A DNA stretch of 19,133 bases from Octopus sinensis (taxonomy: Eukaryota). The stretch is from positions 1 to 19,133 of the forward strand of contig NW_021824316.1 of NCBI RefSeq assembly GCF_006345805.1. Reading direction: 5' to 3'. Positions 18,592 through 19,133 of this stretch are shown in pieces; the stretch's first letter is position 1; each line of letters opens with the position of its first letter. A program made the position numbers and the translations under genes. The notes under the pieces are model-generated. The model was not told where the DNA came from. It saw nothing but the letters and a program-made list of their open reading frames with translations, and made no database searches.

Positions 18592-18774
18592 ATGCATAGC
18601 GGTATTTCGCCCGTCGCTGCGTTCTGAGTTCAAATTCCGCCGAGGTCAACTTTGCTTTTCATCCTTTCGGGGTCGATAAATTAAGCACCAGTTGAGTACT
18701 GGGGGGGGGGCGTCCATGTAACCGACTTGCCCCATCCCTCAAGATTTCAGGCCATTTGCCTATAGCAGAAAGGA
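18592..18774 (+). mobile_element. tRNA-derived SINE lacking its extreme 5' end
   Basis: gcggtatttcg..gttctgagttcaaattccgccgaggtc..tcgataaattaag..tttcaggcc..tagcagaaagg, followed by an (ATT)n tail. Confidence 0.88.
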
Positions 18775-18819
18775 TTATTATTATCATTATTATTATTTTT
18801 ATTTTTATTATTATTATTA

Positions 18820-18860
<41 letters not shown>

Positions 18861-18927
18861 GTTACTATTATTATTATTTTATTATTATTATTATTATTAT
18901 TATTAATATTATTATTATTATTATTAA
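18775..18927. repeat. (ATT)n expanded SINE tail
   Basis: Direct reading. Confidence 0.95.
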
Positions 18928-19133
18928 CAGTCCGTAGTCCTTTTACCCAAATAATCCACCCTTATATAATGCATCCTTCAGATAATATATTGGAGCCTTT
19001 TACGAATTAGAATTATGACATGATGGCATCCATTTCTATCTTCATAGGACTACCCCTTTTATAACATCTTATAACTGTTTTATTCTTCTCCCTTTCTTTA
19101 CAGCAGCTTGTTTCTTCCTATCACCTCTCTCTC

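Noticed and set aside
19075-19104. Strong-looking plus-strand splice acceptor (pyrimidine tract + TTTACAG)
   Set aside because: Followed by more pyrimidine-rich sequence, and the window ends; cannot be evaluated

Overview
Eukaryotic, AT-rich, microsatellite-saturated non-coding DNA (intergenic or deep intronic). The SINE families and repeat landscape match what I recognise from octopus/coleoid cephalopod genomes; this is an inference, not database-checked. No host protein-coding exon is confidently supported, and nearly all ORFs on the track are translations of simple repeats. The window is a mosaic of mobile-element relics: about 12 tRNA-derived SINE copies or fragments, a degraded DD37D (maT-type) Tc1/mariner transposon, a mariner transposase fragment, a Helentron/DINE-1-like non-autonomous element, an old RTE LINE fragment and a young 5'-truncated LINE. 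The most notable signals are: (1) three minimal type-I hammerhead ribozyme motifs from two Penelope-like repeat families (2537-2574 +, with a non-canonical CUGUUGA core and loop-less stem III; 6003-6054 -, near intact; 1699-1747 -, core mutated); (2) a 218-bp LINE 3' end flanked by a near-perfect ~140-bp direct duplication, apparently a very long target-site duplication; (3) a double-hairpin 3' tail shared by that LINE and a resident SINE family.
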